Assembly (NCBI RefSeq): GCF_018350175.1
Contig: NC_058368.1
Location: 185,940,001 to 186,004,000 of the forward strand
Reading direction: 5' to 3'
Origin: Felis catus
Lineage: Eukaryota
DNA length: 64,000 nucleotides
Numbering within the stretch: the stretch's first letter is position 1; each line of letters opens with the position of its first letter. A program made the translations under genes and the position numbers. The notes beneath the pieces are model-generated. The model saw only the letters and a program-made list of their open reading frames with translations. It searched no databases and had not been told where the DNA came from. Positions 26,116 to 40,000 of this stretch are shown here, piece after piece.

Positions 26116-26641
26116 TAGTTGCTAACATTTCTAAGGCCTTACTATATTTCATATGTGTTACATAGAATACTTTATGTAACCTAATAAAACCCTACAAGTT
26201 AGGTACAGAAAATGATATATGTTCTCCATTTGAAGAAACTGTGATTTATACAAATTAAAGAGCATTTTCAAGGTTATATTATACATGTGGGTTGAAATCC
26301 AGGTTTATTGGATTTTAAAACCCAAACTCCTGACTATTGCAATTGTATTGACTCTCTAGCCAAAGACTGAGCAAGAGATGTAGTTCTAGTTTTCACAGAG
26401 CTGATGAAAGAGGATTGTGATTTTATAATTCATCTTTCGACAGCTCTATTCTTAGTTATCTAAGGGATTTTATGTAGTATGAAAATATCATTCATGGACC
26501 TAGACTGTAATGTCCCTGTGAGTCTGTGGCTTTGTAATAATCTATGTGAACCTTCTTCCTCACATGAGGAAAGATGTATGAAAATCCAAGGTAATATCAC
26601 ATATACAATACATCAAGCAACCTCAAATAATCTTAAAAGAA

Positions 26642-26682
26642 TGTGTGTGTGGGTGTGGGTGTGTATGTGTGTGTGTGTGTGG
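26642..26682. repeat. Imperfect (TG)n microsatellite
   Basis: Read directly from the sequence. Confidence 0.85.
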
Positions 26683-26879
26683 TGGGGGGTGAATGGTGGT
26701 GTTCCAAAAATGTTACAGGTATTTTTTCAAAAATAGCGTTTTAAATTTGTTCTTCTACACAGAGCCAATGGCTGTGTATATGTCTTCAAATGTCATTATA
26801 ATTGTGGATGTTGGAATTAATAGACATCAGTTATGCACTGGTAAATGTGTGACAATTTACTGGGGAAAAAAAAGGCAGT

Positions 26880-27030
26880 CCTGATTTTTAGTGTTTGCCC
26901 ATTTCCATGATGTTAATACTCTCACCTTGGCTGACTTCAGTCTACCAATGTGACATCTCTCAATACAACGTTTGGAAAGAATAAACACAATGAGCTCTTA
27001 TGAGTTTGTGTGAGCAGCTCCAAAATATAA
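26880..27030. mobile_element. MER63-like hAT fossil
   Basis: atttccatgatgttaatactctcaccttggctgacttcagtctaccaatgtgac resembles the recalled MER63 consensus. Confidence 0.55.
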
Positions 27031-27205
27031 CTGCCCAGAGACCAAAACAAAAATCTGTTGAAATTAGAAGTTTGATTTTTTCCTAGTTAATTGAAATTTA
27101 TTAAGAAAATTTACCAAAGAAAGCAAATAAAGGTAATTAAGGAGAACTAGAACTAGAAAACTTTTAAACACTTTTTTTAATGCTAGTTTTCTTCAAAATG
27201 AAATA

Positions 27206-27377
27206 GGGGCACCTAGGTATCTCAGTTGGGTGTCTGATACTTGATTTCACTCGGATCATGATATCAGGGTCATGAGATTGGGCCCTGTGTCAGGCTCTGC
27301 GCTGAGTGAGGAGTCTGCTTAAGATTCCTTCTCTCCATCTTCTGCTCGCTGTCTCTATCTCTCTGCCTCTCTCTCAA
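27206..27377 (+). mobile_element. CAN-SINE (older, diverged)
   Basis: ggggcacctagg head with a gagtctgcttaagattc body. Confidence 0.85.
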
Positions 27378-27512
27378 CATGACATAACACAGCATAACAT
27401 AACAGCATTTCTATGTAATTGCTGACTGAGGTAAAAGCAAATCAACTTAGGGGAATGAAGATTATTGATATTGGGTACTTGAAACACTAAAACACAAAGG
27501 AATGTGTCTCAC

Positions 27513-27665
27513 CTAAAGAAGTCCTGGCTGGAACAGCGTCCTTATTGATCCAGAAAGATACCCAGGATAGGACAACGATGAGTGTGCAGGGGATGTAGGT
27601 CTGGATGGTGAAGTATCCCATTCTTCTGCTCAGGTCAAAGTATACAGACATGACCACATAATCTC
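27513..27665 (-). CDS. GABRG2: GABRG2 coding exon (pre-TM1, TM1, TM1-TM2 loop)
   Basis: 153 nt. Translates (G)[50 protein letters not shown](G). Acceptor ttctgttccag|GA, donor TTAG|gtgaga. Phase 1 matches the next exon. Confidence 0.98.
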
Positions 27666-27717
27666 CTGGAACAGAAGATAGCACCATGCAAACCCTTATC
27701 AAAACTGAAAAGCATTT

Positions 27718-29076
27718 AGAATAGGAATCCCAACAATAAACCCATGCTGATGTGGTCAATTAGTCAATGACAAAGGAGGCAAAAATGTACAATGAGTCTC
27801 CAATGAATAGTTTTGGAAAAATTGGAGCTACATGCAAAAGAATGACACTGGATGAATACCTTACACTATATGCAAAAATAAATTCAAAATGGGTTAACTT
27901 GAATGTAAGACCTGAAACCACAAAAATCCTAGAAGAAAACATAAGCAGTAAGCTCTTCAACATCAGTCTTAAACATATTTTTGGACCAGTCTCAGGCAAG
28001 CACAACAAAAGCTAAAATAAACAAACAAGATTACTTCAAACTGAAAAGCTTTTCAGTGGTGAAAGAAAGCATCAGCAAAATGAAAAGACAACCTACTGAA
28101 TGGAAGAAGATATTTGCAAGTGATATATTTGATAAGAGGTTAATATCCAAAATATATAAAGCACTTACATAACTTAATATAAACAATCCAATGAAAAAAA
28201 TGGGTGGTACTTGAAAAGACATTTTTTCCAAAGAAGACCTACAAATGCCAAGAGGCACAAGAAAAGATGTTCAACATCACTAATCATCAGGGAAATGCAA
28301 ATCAAAACCTCAGTGATATATCACTTCATACCTGTCAGATTTGCTATTATCAAAAGGACAAAAAAAATAGCAAGTTATTGGAAAGGGTGTGGAGAAAAGT
28401 CAACCACCCTTGTGTGCTGTTGCTGAGAAAATAATTTCGTGCAGCCAATATGGGAAGCAGTATGGAGGTTCCTCAAAAAATTAATAATAGAAATACCATA
28501 CAATCTAACAATTCTACTTTTGGCTGTTTACCAAAAGAAAACAAAAACACCAATTTGAGGAGAAATATTCATTTCTATATTCATTGCTGCATTATTTACA
28601 ATCACTAAGATATAGAAGCAACCTAAGTGTCCATCCATAGATAAACTGATGAAGATGTAATATATGTACAGTGGAATATTACTACACCATAAAAAATTAA
28701 ATCTTGCCATTTGTAGTAGAATGGATGAACCTAGAGGGTATGATGCTAAGTAAAATAGAAAAAGACAAATTTCACTTATATGTGCAAACTAAAAAACAGA
28801 ACAGAAACAGATTCATAGGTATAGGAAACAAACTGATTACCAGATGGGGAGGGGTTGGGGGTAGGTGAAATAGGTAAAGGTGATTAAGAGTTACAAACTT
28901 CTAGTTATAAAACATAAGCCGTAAGGATATAGCCAATAATATTGTAATAATTTTATATGGTAACAGATGTTAACTAGATGTATCATGGAGATCGTTTTGT
29001 AATGTATAAAAATACCGAATCACCATGAGGTATACCTAAGCCAGTAGGTTATTTTATGTCGATTATACTTCAGTAA
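27718..29076 (+). mobile_element. 5'-truncated L1 with TSD, adjacent to an exon acceptor
   Basis: ORF2 C-terminal remnants (KRQPTEWKKIFASD) plus a full 3'UTR. TSD aaaactg(a/c)aaagcattt at 27701-27717 and 29077-29093. Confidence 0.93.
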
Positions 29077-32000
29077 AAAACTGCAAAGCATTTGAAAATA
29101 AGCATATATTGAATTCTCATGTTCACACATTTGAGAGTTCTGTACAAGGGGTATGTTGAAAACTATCTTTTGCCCATTTGGGTTAAAAAAAAAAAAACAG
29201 ATTAAACTGACTCCTGATCCTTTCATAAGTAATGTGACCACTAGATGAAAGGAAACCTTTTGAGCATATTGATAATATTTTTTTCTTTGAGGTGGTTTTT
29301 GATGGTGCCTTGGCTGCCTACTTAAATATATACAATATAAAACGTTTTGCTTCGTGGGTAGGGAAGGAAACAGTGCCTATAATGAACCCTAAGATTTGTA
29401 ACAATTTCCTCTTATTCTCAGGACCTTTCTCTATGCAAGCCACAGAACAATATGCTGGTGACTGACACTAGTAAGTACCTATTTTACCCAGTTTATAACC
29501 AAATTTCTATGCTGAGACATTTTTCTCATGTTTCATTGAATCTTATGGCTTTCCTTCATAACACTGCAATTCTTAGTTTCTCATTCATATGTGTGGCTAT
29601 TTTTATAAATATCTGTCCTATTAGAATTTATTGCACAAGTTCACAGTGTCTCTTTTAGCATACCATTGCACTATCAGTACTTAGCATCCTAATTGAGTCC
29701 AAATAGGTATTCAGTAACATTTGTTGAATGATCAAAAGAATCAATCATGTCTTGCATTTTGTATGATTCCAAGTGAAATTTTAGGGAATTACATTTTTTA
29801 ACTAGATAATATGCTATGGAGACACATTTCAGTTATTATACATTTATATTTTCTTTATACTCTTAGAGAATATTAGTTTCAAAGACTATGTCTGCTCTTG
29901 CAATTGGAGATGAACCTGAGACCACTTCTCAAATCTTGTTTCTTTTCTTTACTAAATTATAATTTGTTATAGAATACATAAAGAACAAAATACAAATCCT
30001 GTGTTTTGGTTTAATTATTTGGCTTTGTGCCTATGTTTCTCTACTTATTTAGGAGATTTAGATTTGATTTGAAAATCAAGTACTTTAGAAGCCTCAGGCA
30101 GAGATGACTGACTTAGCAGAATGAGTTATGACTCCTCAGTCCAGGTCTTCCTTCCCACTTGCAAGTGTCATTCCACACCCTTCCAAGCTGATGAGACAGG
30201 AAACCCCCTTGGTTACTCCTCCAAGAAGTGATGATTTTCCTCTAATCCTGCAGTTTCCTAAGTGGGGTTATGAAACCTCCTAACACTGCCTTTTGGTGGA
30301 TTAATGTACTGTCATTTGTCCAAGTCAGGCTTGGTTAAGTCAGTGACAGTGACCCAGACACTAACTGGGAAATTCAGCTTCCATTTGACCACAAGTTCCC
30401 TCTCAGAGATCAATGAGTAGCCATTATTTAGCAACTATTCCTGAAGACATAAAGGTAGGAATTTCTCACTGATATTAAGTAGGTCTTGATTAGTTTATGC
30501 TTCTCTCTGTTGATTTATCTGAACTTAAGCTCTGTAAAGTCATGGCATTTCATAAATTAGTTTGGTCTCTGCTTTTCTTCTAATTTAGAATATAACAGAC
30601 ACAGGCTATGATCGTGGAGTAAAAACATTTCATTTGAGATTATCCCTAGGAATGTCTGTCTTTTTCTTTCCTGTTTCTTTGATCACAATACCAAAGGCAA
30701 ATTCAAGTTCTCATATGCTAGATAGGAAAAACAAGGCAAGGTTTTCTTTTTAAATAATTAATATTCAGTGGCACTTTTTCTCCCTATTTTCAGAGTCCTT
30801 GAGAGTTTTCTGCACATTTTAAACACGTGTTTAAGTGAGACTTTACAAATTAAAATATTTTAAATAAATCTACACAATATTAGTAACTTCGTTTTACTTC
30901 GTATCATGTAAGTGAATGAGAATCTATACTTTGGCATTAATGATCTGATTCTTTTAAAGGTGAACTTTAATTTTGTCTGAAGTTAACAAGATAATTATCT
31001 AATTCAATTCTCCACCTCCTTTCAGGTCAGAATCTAAACTTCCATAGCTTATTTATCTATCAATTTCTATTTTAAGGTAATAGCTTCTGAGCATCTTTCA
31101 TTTTTGCCAGCAAATCCAAAGCTTTTCTACCACTAGATTACGAATTCAAACTTGGGAACAGGCCATTTAAAAGCAAAGCAGCTTCACAGTGACAGCCTGA
31201 TGCCTGTCTTATCTCTAAGGCCACATCCCTTTTTGTATTTTTAAAAACTCTGGGCCAAGAAGCCTATAAAATCAAATCCTCTGAAAGTGCCACATCAGTG
31301 ATTCCTAAGCCCAAAAGGTTTAAATGCCAACCAAGTCAAAAGTGGTTATTTCACCCACTTCAAATATATTTCACCTATTGATTTATTCTAACATATGATA
31401 TTTAAAGTCATAGCATTTTATAAATTAGTTTAGTCCCTGTTTGTGTACTAATTTAGCATATAATAGACACAAGCTATAACTGAAAAGAGAGGAAAGAATT
31501 TGAATGACACCCACTAAGGTCCATTCTTTCTTTATTGTTTTATAAGCTTCTTATGTCTGGTTTTATGAAGAGAACATCGATGTCAATTAATGAATTTCAT
31601 TTTTTTAAGCTATGTTGTTAATCATATTAAACCTTTAAAATTCAGCGTTTATTAGGGTGTTTAGGATTTTATTTCATATATAAAACTATTTCCTAAAAAC
31701 TTAAAGATTCCACAGTAGAAAAGTCTTCCACCCCAATGAACATCTGAAATAATGAAAACAAGTATTTTCTGGTTACCTACCATATAGTAACAAGGACCTA
31801 CTGTGTACAGAGACTGGGGCTGAATAATTTGCATATATTATCTCAACATCATCAATACTTTGTCAGGACGGTGAGTAAAACAAATACTTCACTTTGTTCC
31901 TCACTCATGACTCTTATTCCACTTAAATATCATTGAATAGAGTATATATTATTCTACTAGATTGACTTGAAGGCATTATTAGTACTATGCTTTTCTTTAC

Positions 32001-32533
32001 ATTTTTCATAGTCTCTTCTTTATTTAAATCAACAAACCTTTTTGAATCACTGCTATGCATAGAGCATTCTATTAGGGAATATAGAGATTAAGACCAATGG
32101 AATCTCACAACTTATTCTAAATTAAATAGATTAAATGGGGAAAAGATAATTTTCTTTCGACTATAATTAAGATAGAGACATGTATTGAGACAACGCATTA
32201 GATCTAATTTTACCACCCCTTATTAAATACTTGAATCTGTGGTATCCTTCTCTGAGGTTGCTTTTGACCATAGGAAAGCAGGAGAGTTGATTGGCCACAT
32301 TTTCCTTTGGGGAGTTTGCTTTTAAATTAGATCTGTAAATCACCTCACAAAAATAAATTTAAAATGGACTGAAGATCCAAGCGTGATCCTACACAAGGAA
32401 AACTACAAGAGATATAAATCCTACACAAGGCAAAACTACAAGAGAATATCTTTATAATCTTACTGTAAAAAGGCATAAAACATAAAAAGCATAATGGATA
32501 AAAATTATGTCTTTAGCATGTAAAAGAACTCAT

Positions 32534-32925
32534 GGGGCACCTGGGTGGCTCAGTTGGTTAATCATCTGACTTTGACTCAGGTCCTGATCTCACAGTTGGT
32601 GGGTTCAAGCTCTGCATGGGGCTCTGTGCTGACAGCCCAGAGCTTGAAGCCTGCTTCAGATTCTGTGTCTCCCTCTCCATCTGCCCCTTCCCTGCTCATG
32701 CTCTGTCTCTTTCTCTCTGTGTCAAAACTAAAGCAAAACATTAAAAATTTTTTTAAAAAGGTACAACTCCCGTATTATAAAGAATGCTTTAGGGGTGCTT
32801 GGCTGACTCAGTTGGTAGAGCAATGTGACTCTCCATCTTGGGGATGTGAGTTAGTCCCAGGTTGGGAAGAGAGTTTACTTACCAAGATAGACAGACAGAC
32901 AGATGCCAACTTAAAAAAAATTTTT
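32534..32925 (+). mobile_element. Two adjacent CAN-SINEs (32534-32760 and short old copy 32792-32925) inside an old L1 fragment
   Basis: Two SINEC heads. The second has TSD aatgctttagg. Confidence 0.85.
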
Positions 32926-33771
32926 TAAAAATGCTTTAGGCAATTTTAAAAGGCAAAATACCACAGCCGAATAATCTATCTCCAAAATAAGAAATCAAAG
33001 GCTAATATCACTGATACATAAACAATTCCCATTAATCATTGAGAAAAGAAACCCAAATTTTTAACTAGGTTAAACAAAATGAATGGCAAATGAATGGATA
33101 AATGAAGAGTCTCAACTTTGGTAGTGATCAGTGAAAGGCCAAGTGAAAGTATTTCATTTTCAGCCTATTACATTGGAGGACAAAAAATTTACAGTACAGA
33201 CGACATGTAAACAAAGAGCTGCACACTCTAGGTGGGGGTATTCTTCACTTTTTGAAAGGTAATATGGAAATAGCTTTTTCAAAAACATATTTAACTTCAA
33301 GATATCTAGAATAAATACTTTTTCCCCAAAAAATGCTTTGTAAATATTTCCTTTCAAGTGGCATGAAGTTTTTCTCCAGGTTTGTTGTGTACTCAAAAGA
33401 ATGAGTAGCATACCTTGGGCAGAATCACAGTCCCTGAGCTTATGGAGTCTAGAGTATTATGGGGAAGTAATGACTTCAAAATTTAAATGGTAAATGGCTG
33501 CTAATTTCTATACATGCTGTTCCCATGTGTTTCTGTGTCCATCACCTGCCCACCATTCCCAATGACTGCTCAGAGTCCTATTAACTTTTCTGGAATTACA
33601 TTCAACATTCTTTCAGTAACTAGATCCTGTGAAGTCAGGGGAAGGGAAACACGACTAAACTGTAATCCTTGCTATCAAAGACTCCTCAGGCTAAGAAAGA
33701 CCTAGGGATATGGCATCACTACTCAATGGCAAAGGGTCTATCAAAACATATACATGATAACATGCCATGTT

Positions 33772-33975
33772 TTTTTAAAGTATATTTATTTATTTTGGGA
33801 GAGTGCACCTTCCTGCGGGGGAGGGTCAGAGAGAGAAGGAGAGAGATAATCCCAAGCAGGCTCTGTGCTGTCAGTGTGGAGCCCGACATGGGACTCCATC
33901 CCATCATCCGTGAGATCATGACCTGAGCCCAAATCAAGAGTTGGATGCTCAACTGATTAAGCCAGTCAAGTGCTC
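33772..33975 (-). mobile_element. CAN-SINE
   Basis: Reverse SINEC. Confidence 0.9.
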
Positions 33976-34344
33976 AGTACCGTAATTAAGTTTCTGGCAA
34001 GAAACATATCTGAAATTTCTGCATAAATATTCCAATCTTTGAGAGCCTTAAAGAGATCCATGTTCCTCCTCACAGTCCAGACCCCTTAGTCTGGCATGGA
34101 AGGCTGTTTATAATCTGAATTTAACCTAAACCTTTCTCATTATTTCCTTCATGTTCTTTAAGCCCTAGACAAAGTAAATTAAATATTTTCATTTCACATT
34201 TCTATGATCTTTCTGTCAGGAAGATCTGACCTCCTCTGTCTCTCTCAGATTCCTAGCTCATCTCCTTGCTCCTTTTCCTCATTCCAATTTCCCAATGTCC
34301 CAACACCACCACACTACCACACACACGTGCTCTGTACAATGACT

Positions 34345-34542
34345 AGACTTGTGCTAAGATGGTAGTTACCTTAAGTAAAATATAGAATTAAACAAAATTC
34401 AAAAATCTATTCCTCCAGTTCATCAAAGGCATTTCAAATGCTCAGTAACTATACACAGTTTGTAAGTACTATATTGTGATAGTACAGATTTTAGAAAAGC
34501 TACTTCATCTTAGAAAACTCAGTTGGTCAGTGCTAGTTTAGA
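34345..34542. mobile_element. MER3-like hAT-Charlie fossil
   Basis: catttcaaatgctcagtaacta...gtactatattg...gttggtcagtgct motifs. Confidence 0.55.
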
Positions 34543-34849
34543 CCAATCTTTCTAAAATGCATTTCTGCTCATGCCATTCCCTTCATGTTTCTCAGTATAC
34601 AATCCATACTGCTTAACATATGCTTCTGGTCCATTTTACCTTGATCCATACTGAACGATCCCAGCTGTATCTCACACCATTTATCATCTCTCCATTTAAT
34701 GCCCACCCAACCTGATTTACTTTCTACTCTGCCAAGGGGTATTACTCATTCTTATGTCTTCATTTCCCTGTTACCTCCAATTTCTGGAATACCCCCTGCT
34801 CCTTTGATCATGTCACACACATATACATTCCTCTAAACCCTTCAATAAA

Positions 34850-35353
34850 TATCCAATGATATCAGTACACACTAAAATCCTTTAACTTGCCCTTTAAGAC
34901 TTTGTATGGTCTTTCCCCTGACTCTAGCCTCTAACCTCATCTTAAATAGTATTCCCTACACTCCAACTGGGGTTCTTGTGATTCCTTAAATGGCCCTGCT
35001 ACTTCTTGCCTTGGGATCTTTTCATATGCTGATTGTCTTGGCTAAAATTCTAATATCCCTATTTTATTTAATTAACTCCATTCTGCCTTCAGATATCCAT
35101 TAATTTATCCCATCATCAAAGAAATCAATAGATCTAATGACTTCAGTAAAACCTCATAGTAGGTATGACTATTAGAGAACTGATCACAATTCAAAGTCTA
35201 TGATTGGTGTGAATGTTGGATTGCAAGCTATAATTAGTTCACGAGTTCCACGAGGGAAATAGCCATACCTATTCATCTATTTTAGTCACAGCATCTAGTA
35301 CAGTGCCTGGTACACAGAATGAGTTCAACAATTATTTGTTAAATGAATAAATG
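34850..35353 (+). mobile_element. L2 3' end
   Basis: Ends cagcatctagtacagtgcctggtacacag...tatttgttaaatgaataaatg. Confidence 0.75.
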
Positions 35354-35954
35354 TTTTAGCTTAGAAAGTCATGCAGAAAATCTTGGGTGAGCTCTATATT
35401 CAAAACATTTAAAAACAAGGCAGAGATCACCATGAGCTTTTAAAATATTAAGCTTTCACTTTAGAAATTATTGCTTCTGGAAATATTTTTAGTGGACACC
35501 TTGCTGAACTTAATCCCTGGAGATGTGAATATAAGGTCACAGTGAGCTGTTAGCAATCTTAACCACTTGCCAAGAAGAAAAAAGGGATAGGAAATCAGTT
35601 ATATCAGAGTGACCGCATTATGCTTATTAAAAAATCAATTGGTGATTTGAGTTTCTCAGCCAGATTCAATTAATGAGAGAAGAAAACAAAGGGGCTTGGC
35701 TGCTGAAACAGATCAATCAGTCTTCTCCATTAAGTCTAATAGTGTGTTTTCATTTCAAAACATCGCCATTTTTATTCCATCTATTATTTCTTTAAACTCA
35801 TATATGGAAAAAAAAAATAACAATTTGAAAAATTAAAATGGAAAATTAAAGTATAATTTATAATTTTTAAATTTTTTTCTAGGCTAAATCTATCTTTTAA
35901 AGTCTCCCTCTGGCTTCTCCACTGAGCAAAGAGAGGATAGGATTATGAAGACAT

Positions 35955-36320
35955 CTGCTTCAAGTTATATTCCCTAGAAGCAGAAGTGGAGTCAAGAATT
36001 CCTGCTGGGTTGAGTTACTTGTGAGTTTAAGCTTTCAGAAGAAGGGGAGTGAGAGAAGGAAGCAAGAACTGGCAGTGGGAAAAACTGCTAAGCATAGATT
36101 TGCTTCAGCCTAAGGAGGAAAGCTTCTAGGAGATTCTGGAACAAAGTACACCACAGAGTTAGTGCCACCTGGAGGCAAGAGCAGCAGCCACATGTACTCT
36201 GTAGGCTAAAGTGTAATGGTCTTAATCTCCTTGTGGAGATGGTTCTGTCTTGGTCAAAGGCAATTCTGGAGAGAAGGAACAGTGGTGAGCTGTCAGCAGT
36301 CACCCCTTACAACACCTGGA
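35955..36320 (-). mobile_element. Possible ancient ERVL-type LTR fragment
   Basis: ttccctagaagcaga..gagtcaagaattc resembles reverse ERVL LTR ends. Family uncertain. Confidence 0.35.
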
Positions 36321-36374
36321 GGATGGCTACACCACCTCAGAGAAGATGGGAAGGAGGGTACATCAAAAACATCT

Positions 36375-36610
36375 GCTCTAAGGACTGTGATGTCAGACTG
36401 GCTTGGTTCAAAAGTCCTAGTCCTGTCACTAACTGGTTGTGCCATTTGGGGAAAATGCTTTAACTCTCTGAGTCTCAAGTTCCTTACATGTAAAGTAGGC
36501 ATACTAAGAAAACTCACCTCATAGGGTTATTTTGAACCTGAAACGAGTGAATGTATGTAAAGTGTCTGGTATAATTCATGGCTCATAATAAAGAGCCCAT
36601 TAATGTAATT
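36375..36610 (+). mobile_element. MIR
   Basis: ggttcaaa..tcct..tcctgtcactaactggttgtg...cttaactctctgagtctca...tgtaaagt core. Confidence 0.8.
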
Positions 36611-36885
36611 TATTAGTACAAACTAGCATAATCTATGTAATATTATTAACACCATTCTGGCACATACAAGCATGGAGGAAATAGTACTCCAAAAGAGAAC
36701 TGGTTAGAAAGGGTCTGAGAATTTATCTATATCAACCTATTCTATCCTCTTAAAGATAGAGGGGCAGTTGAGATCCATCAAAGAAGTTTGGTGTTTTATC
36801 TAAGAGCACAGAGCTATCCTGTGGCAGACCCTAGACTTCTGCCTCCCAAAGCAACACTATTTTTGTAGTAAACAGCTCGTTCATT

Positions 36886-37090
36886 TAAAAAAAAAAAGTT
36901 TCATCTTTGAGAGAGAGACAGAGTGTGAGCAGGGGTGGGGCAGAGAGCGAGGGAGACATGGAATCTGAAGGAAGCTCCAGGCTCTGAGCTGTCAGCACAG
37001 AGCCTGACACGGAGCTCGAACTCACAAGCTGTGAGATCATGACCTGAGCCGAAGTCAGATACTTAACTGACTGAGTCACCCAGGTGCCCC
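36886..37090 (-). mobile_element. CAN-SINE
   Basis: Reverse SINEC ending caggtgcccc. Confidence 0.93.
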
Positions 37091-40000
37091 ACAGCCTGTT
37101 TATTTTGAGCCAATGGCTAGGATCATGGAAAAATAGCAAAAAGCAAACACACAAATAGAAAGTCAAGCAATTATTGAATATAGTTAATACAGAAAGCTGG
37201 TTTGGAGAACTGGGGGTTCAAACCACAAAGAGAAAGATTCTTTTCATTTGCTCTTGAAACTTTCATGATAGGCAAATTACTTTTAGGAGAATGGAAACTT
37301 AACCATACTAGAGATTTCCTCCTGGAGAATAGCTTCACATAGAAGGAAGCTTAATATTTGTAAAGATTCCAGAGATGAGTGGTTTTCTCTCGATTCGTGC
37401 AGTGAACCTAAGTGTTTGCTAATAACTCAGTTCTCTGTATTTCTGTCCTAGAAAATTCTCTTTACTAGTGTAAATCACTTCTCTTTCTCACCCTCTGAAG
37501 AAGCCACCACAATTTCTTAGCTCAGTGTGACCTTTTGTAATAAAATTCATTGTTTTGGGTCCATTGTCAAATTCCAACAATGTAGCAAATAAATTCACCT
37601 TGGGATTTATATAAATAAAACCACTCTGGCTCAGAAGTCTAAAGCTGAAGATACAAATGAATGTGTTTGCCACTTTGATCCATCCAAAAAGAATGCAATT
37701 TCTCAGCATAATTAAATCTAACTCCTACAAACATCTGACTAGATACTAAAACATGTTTTATGTAAATTCAGAGCAGGTTGTAGTAGCAGGAAATATACTG
37801 AATCCAGTTCCAGAATTCAGGTTACTACTAATGACATTAACAAGGTTCAGAGACAAGGGCAAATTGTTTACATTCTCCCAGTAAAATAGAGATAATCATA
37901 CCTATTGCTAAGGCTGCTGTGAAAACCACATTTGCTAATTGTAGCAAAAGTGCTTTGTAAAATTCAGAGACGATGATACAGTTGTTTTGCAAAATAACTT
38001 CTATGGCATTGGTAAGTGAGCTTCCTCCTGAGGTGATATCTATATATTTTTTAATCCTTTGTTAAAAGGCTACCTGCAACCATCAGGAATAATAGTAAAG
38101 CGTTCAGTCTTGTTCTTGTTTGTATGAACATCAGTGTGTCCATGAAAATCATTAATACCATCATTTGAACATAGTTCACAGATTTGTGTCATAAAAATCA
38201 TCTGTTCAATGATTCACTGTTCAATATGTAACTGAAGTATGGACTAGTTATATATCAATAGCTTGGTAGTCAAAGGTGACAAAATATCCTTTTATGTATG
38301 TACTGTGACACCACCAGATCTCCTAATTTCTCTCTTTGAGAAGTCCCATTGTAGGGGAGATTTTAAAATGTGAATTCATATTCCACTCAGCTCTCACGGC
38401 TCTAAGTTGCTGACTGGAAATATTGTCAATGGCTCAGGAGAGAGATACCCGTAAGAAGCACACACCATAGCATAGTTAAATCTGTCAACTTGAACAAGAA
38501 AATTAAACTGGCTTAATAGAGGTATCACTGGATATTTGAGAAATCCTAAGAAACGTAGCAGTTGTTTACTTCCAGCAAACCACAGGTAAGTGCTCGATGA
38601 GGAAGGACTTCATGCTCCTTGTAATTAAAGGTTATAACTGATTTGTCACAGTTGTGATCCCAGGGCCACAGCAAATGGGTCAATATGTTATATTTTTCCA
38701 TCCTGACATGTACATGATGAGACTGCACTTTACAAAGGAAAAGTACAGAAATTCTACTTGTGGCCTGCAGAAAGAAACAAGATTTCCCAATATGAAAGGC
38801 ATGGTCCACAGGTCTGTTCATGAAGAATGGAGTCTTTAGCCACGGGCAGCCAGTTTCCTCTATTTTCCCTCACCTATTAAACAGGAATTTCCACACTTTT
38901 GGAAAATACTGGAAAGTAAAGATTCCACTCTTTCTTCTGCTTCATTCCTTCTGTTGTCTGATAGGCAAAATTGAGACACATGCCCACTTAGGTGTTTCCT
39001 TACTGGATAGATCTAATAATTTCTTGCATCTGTTCTCCATTTGGTAAGGTCTCCTGAGTCAAGCCAAGGACTAATTTTTAGAGGCTAATCTAGAAGTTTG
39101 TCCTACTCAGTCCCTACTTTAGGTACTGAATTGTTCTCAGCCAGCTATTCTAAGTGAGTAATTGGTCTTGTACACCAACTTCTCCTCTGAGTTGGGTGAT
39201 GCCAAAAGTTAGATATGCATGATAAATTAGTAAGAATCCCGACTGTGATTACAAATGTATCTTCCAAATCAATGCTACCCCCAATAAATGGTATTAGAAT
39301 TCTATCTGTTGGATTTATAGATGTATGCCAAAATGGTTTCAGAATCAGGAGGCAAAGAGCAAAAGGTTGTTAATGACTTTAATTCAAACCCAGAAAACTG
39401 TTCTGGAGAAATAACCATGTCAGTAGAAATATTGTAATTTCTTGTTTTTATTCATTTGATGGGCCCAGCATAATTTTGTGTTTGAAGCCAGACCTGATTA
39501 ATCTAACCCAGGCACTGACATTTTCTTAAAGAAAAGACTCCACAGCAGTTGAGAAACCTAATGTTATCAGAACACCAAGCTTTCTAAAACAGCTTTGAAA
39601 GCAGCTGGAAAAAGAACATCCAAATTCAGGCAACTGCAGGCAATGGTTGCAAAAGGTCAAATCACAAAATGTTCCCCAAGATGTCAAATCACTCCTGGGG
39701 ATACTCTGCAAAACTGTAAGCTTAAAAACTTGACCTCACTTGCTCTTTGTTCAATGCCCAAGCAGTCAATTTTAAAGCTTCCCACCCCCATCCTCCACTG
39801 GAATTCTCTCACCCTGGAAGTTTTACATTTTGTGATATTCAAGATCGTTTTTAGGATGTCTGGTAAAAAATCATTACTAATATATTTTTTAAAACTCTGT
39901 AAATCATATAAAACTACATAGAGTTCTAAAACACTCAACTTCTCTGAGAAAGGAAGCTTTATTTTGGTAGGGAAAGCACTAGACTCAAAGTCAGCAGACC

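Noticed and set aside
27487..27759. 90-aa ORF around the TM1 exon
   Set aside because: The N-terminal part runs from L1 and intron sequence. The real exon is 27513-27665.
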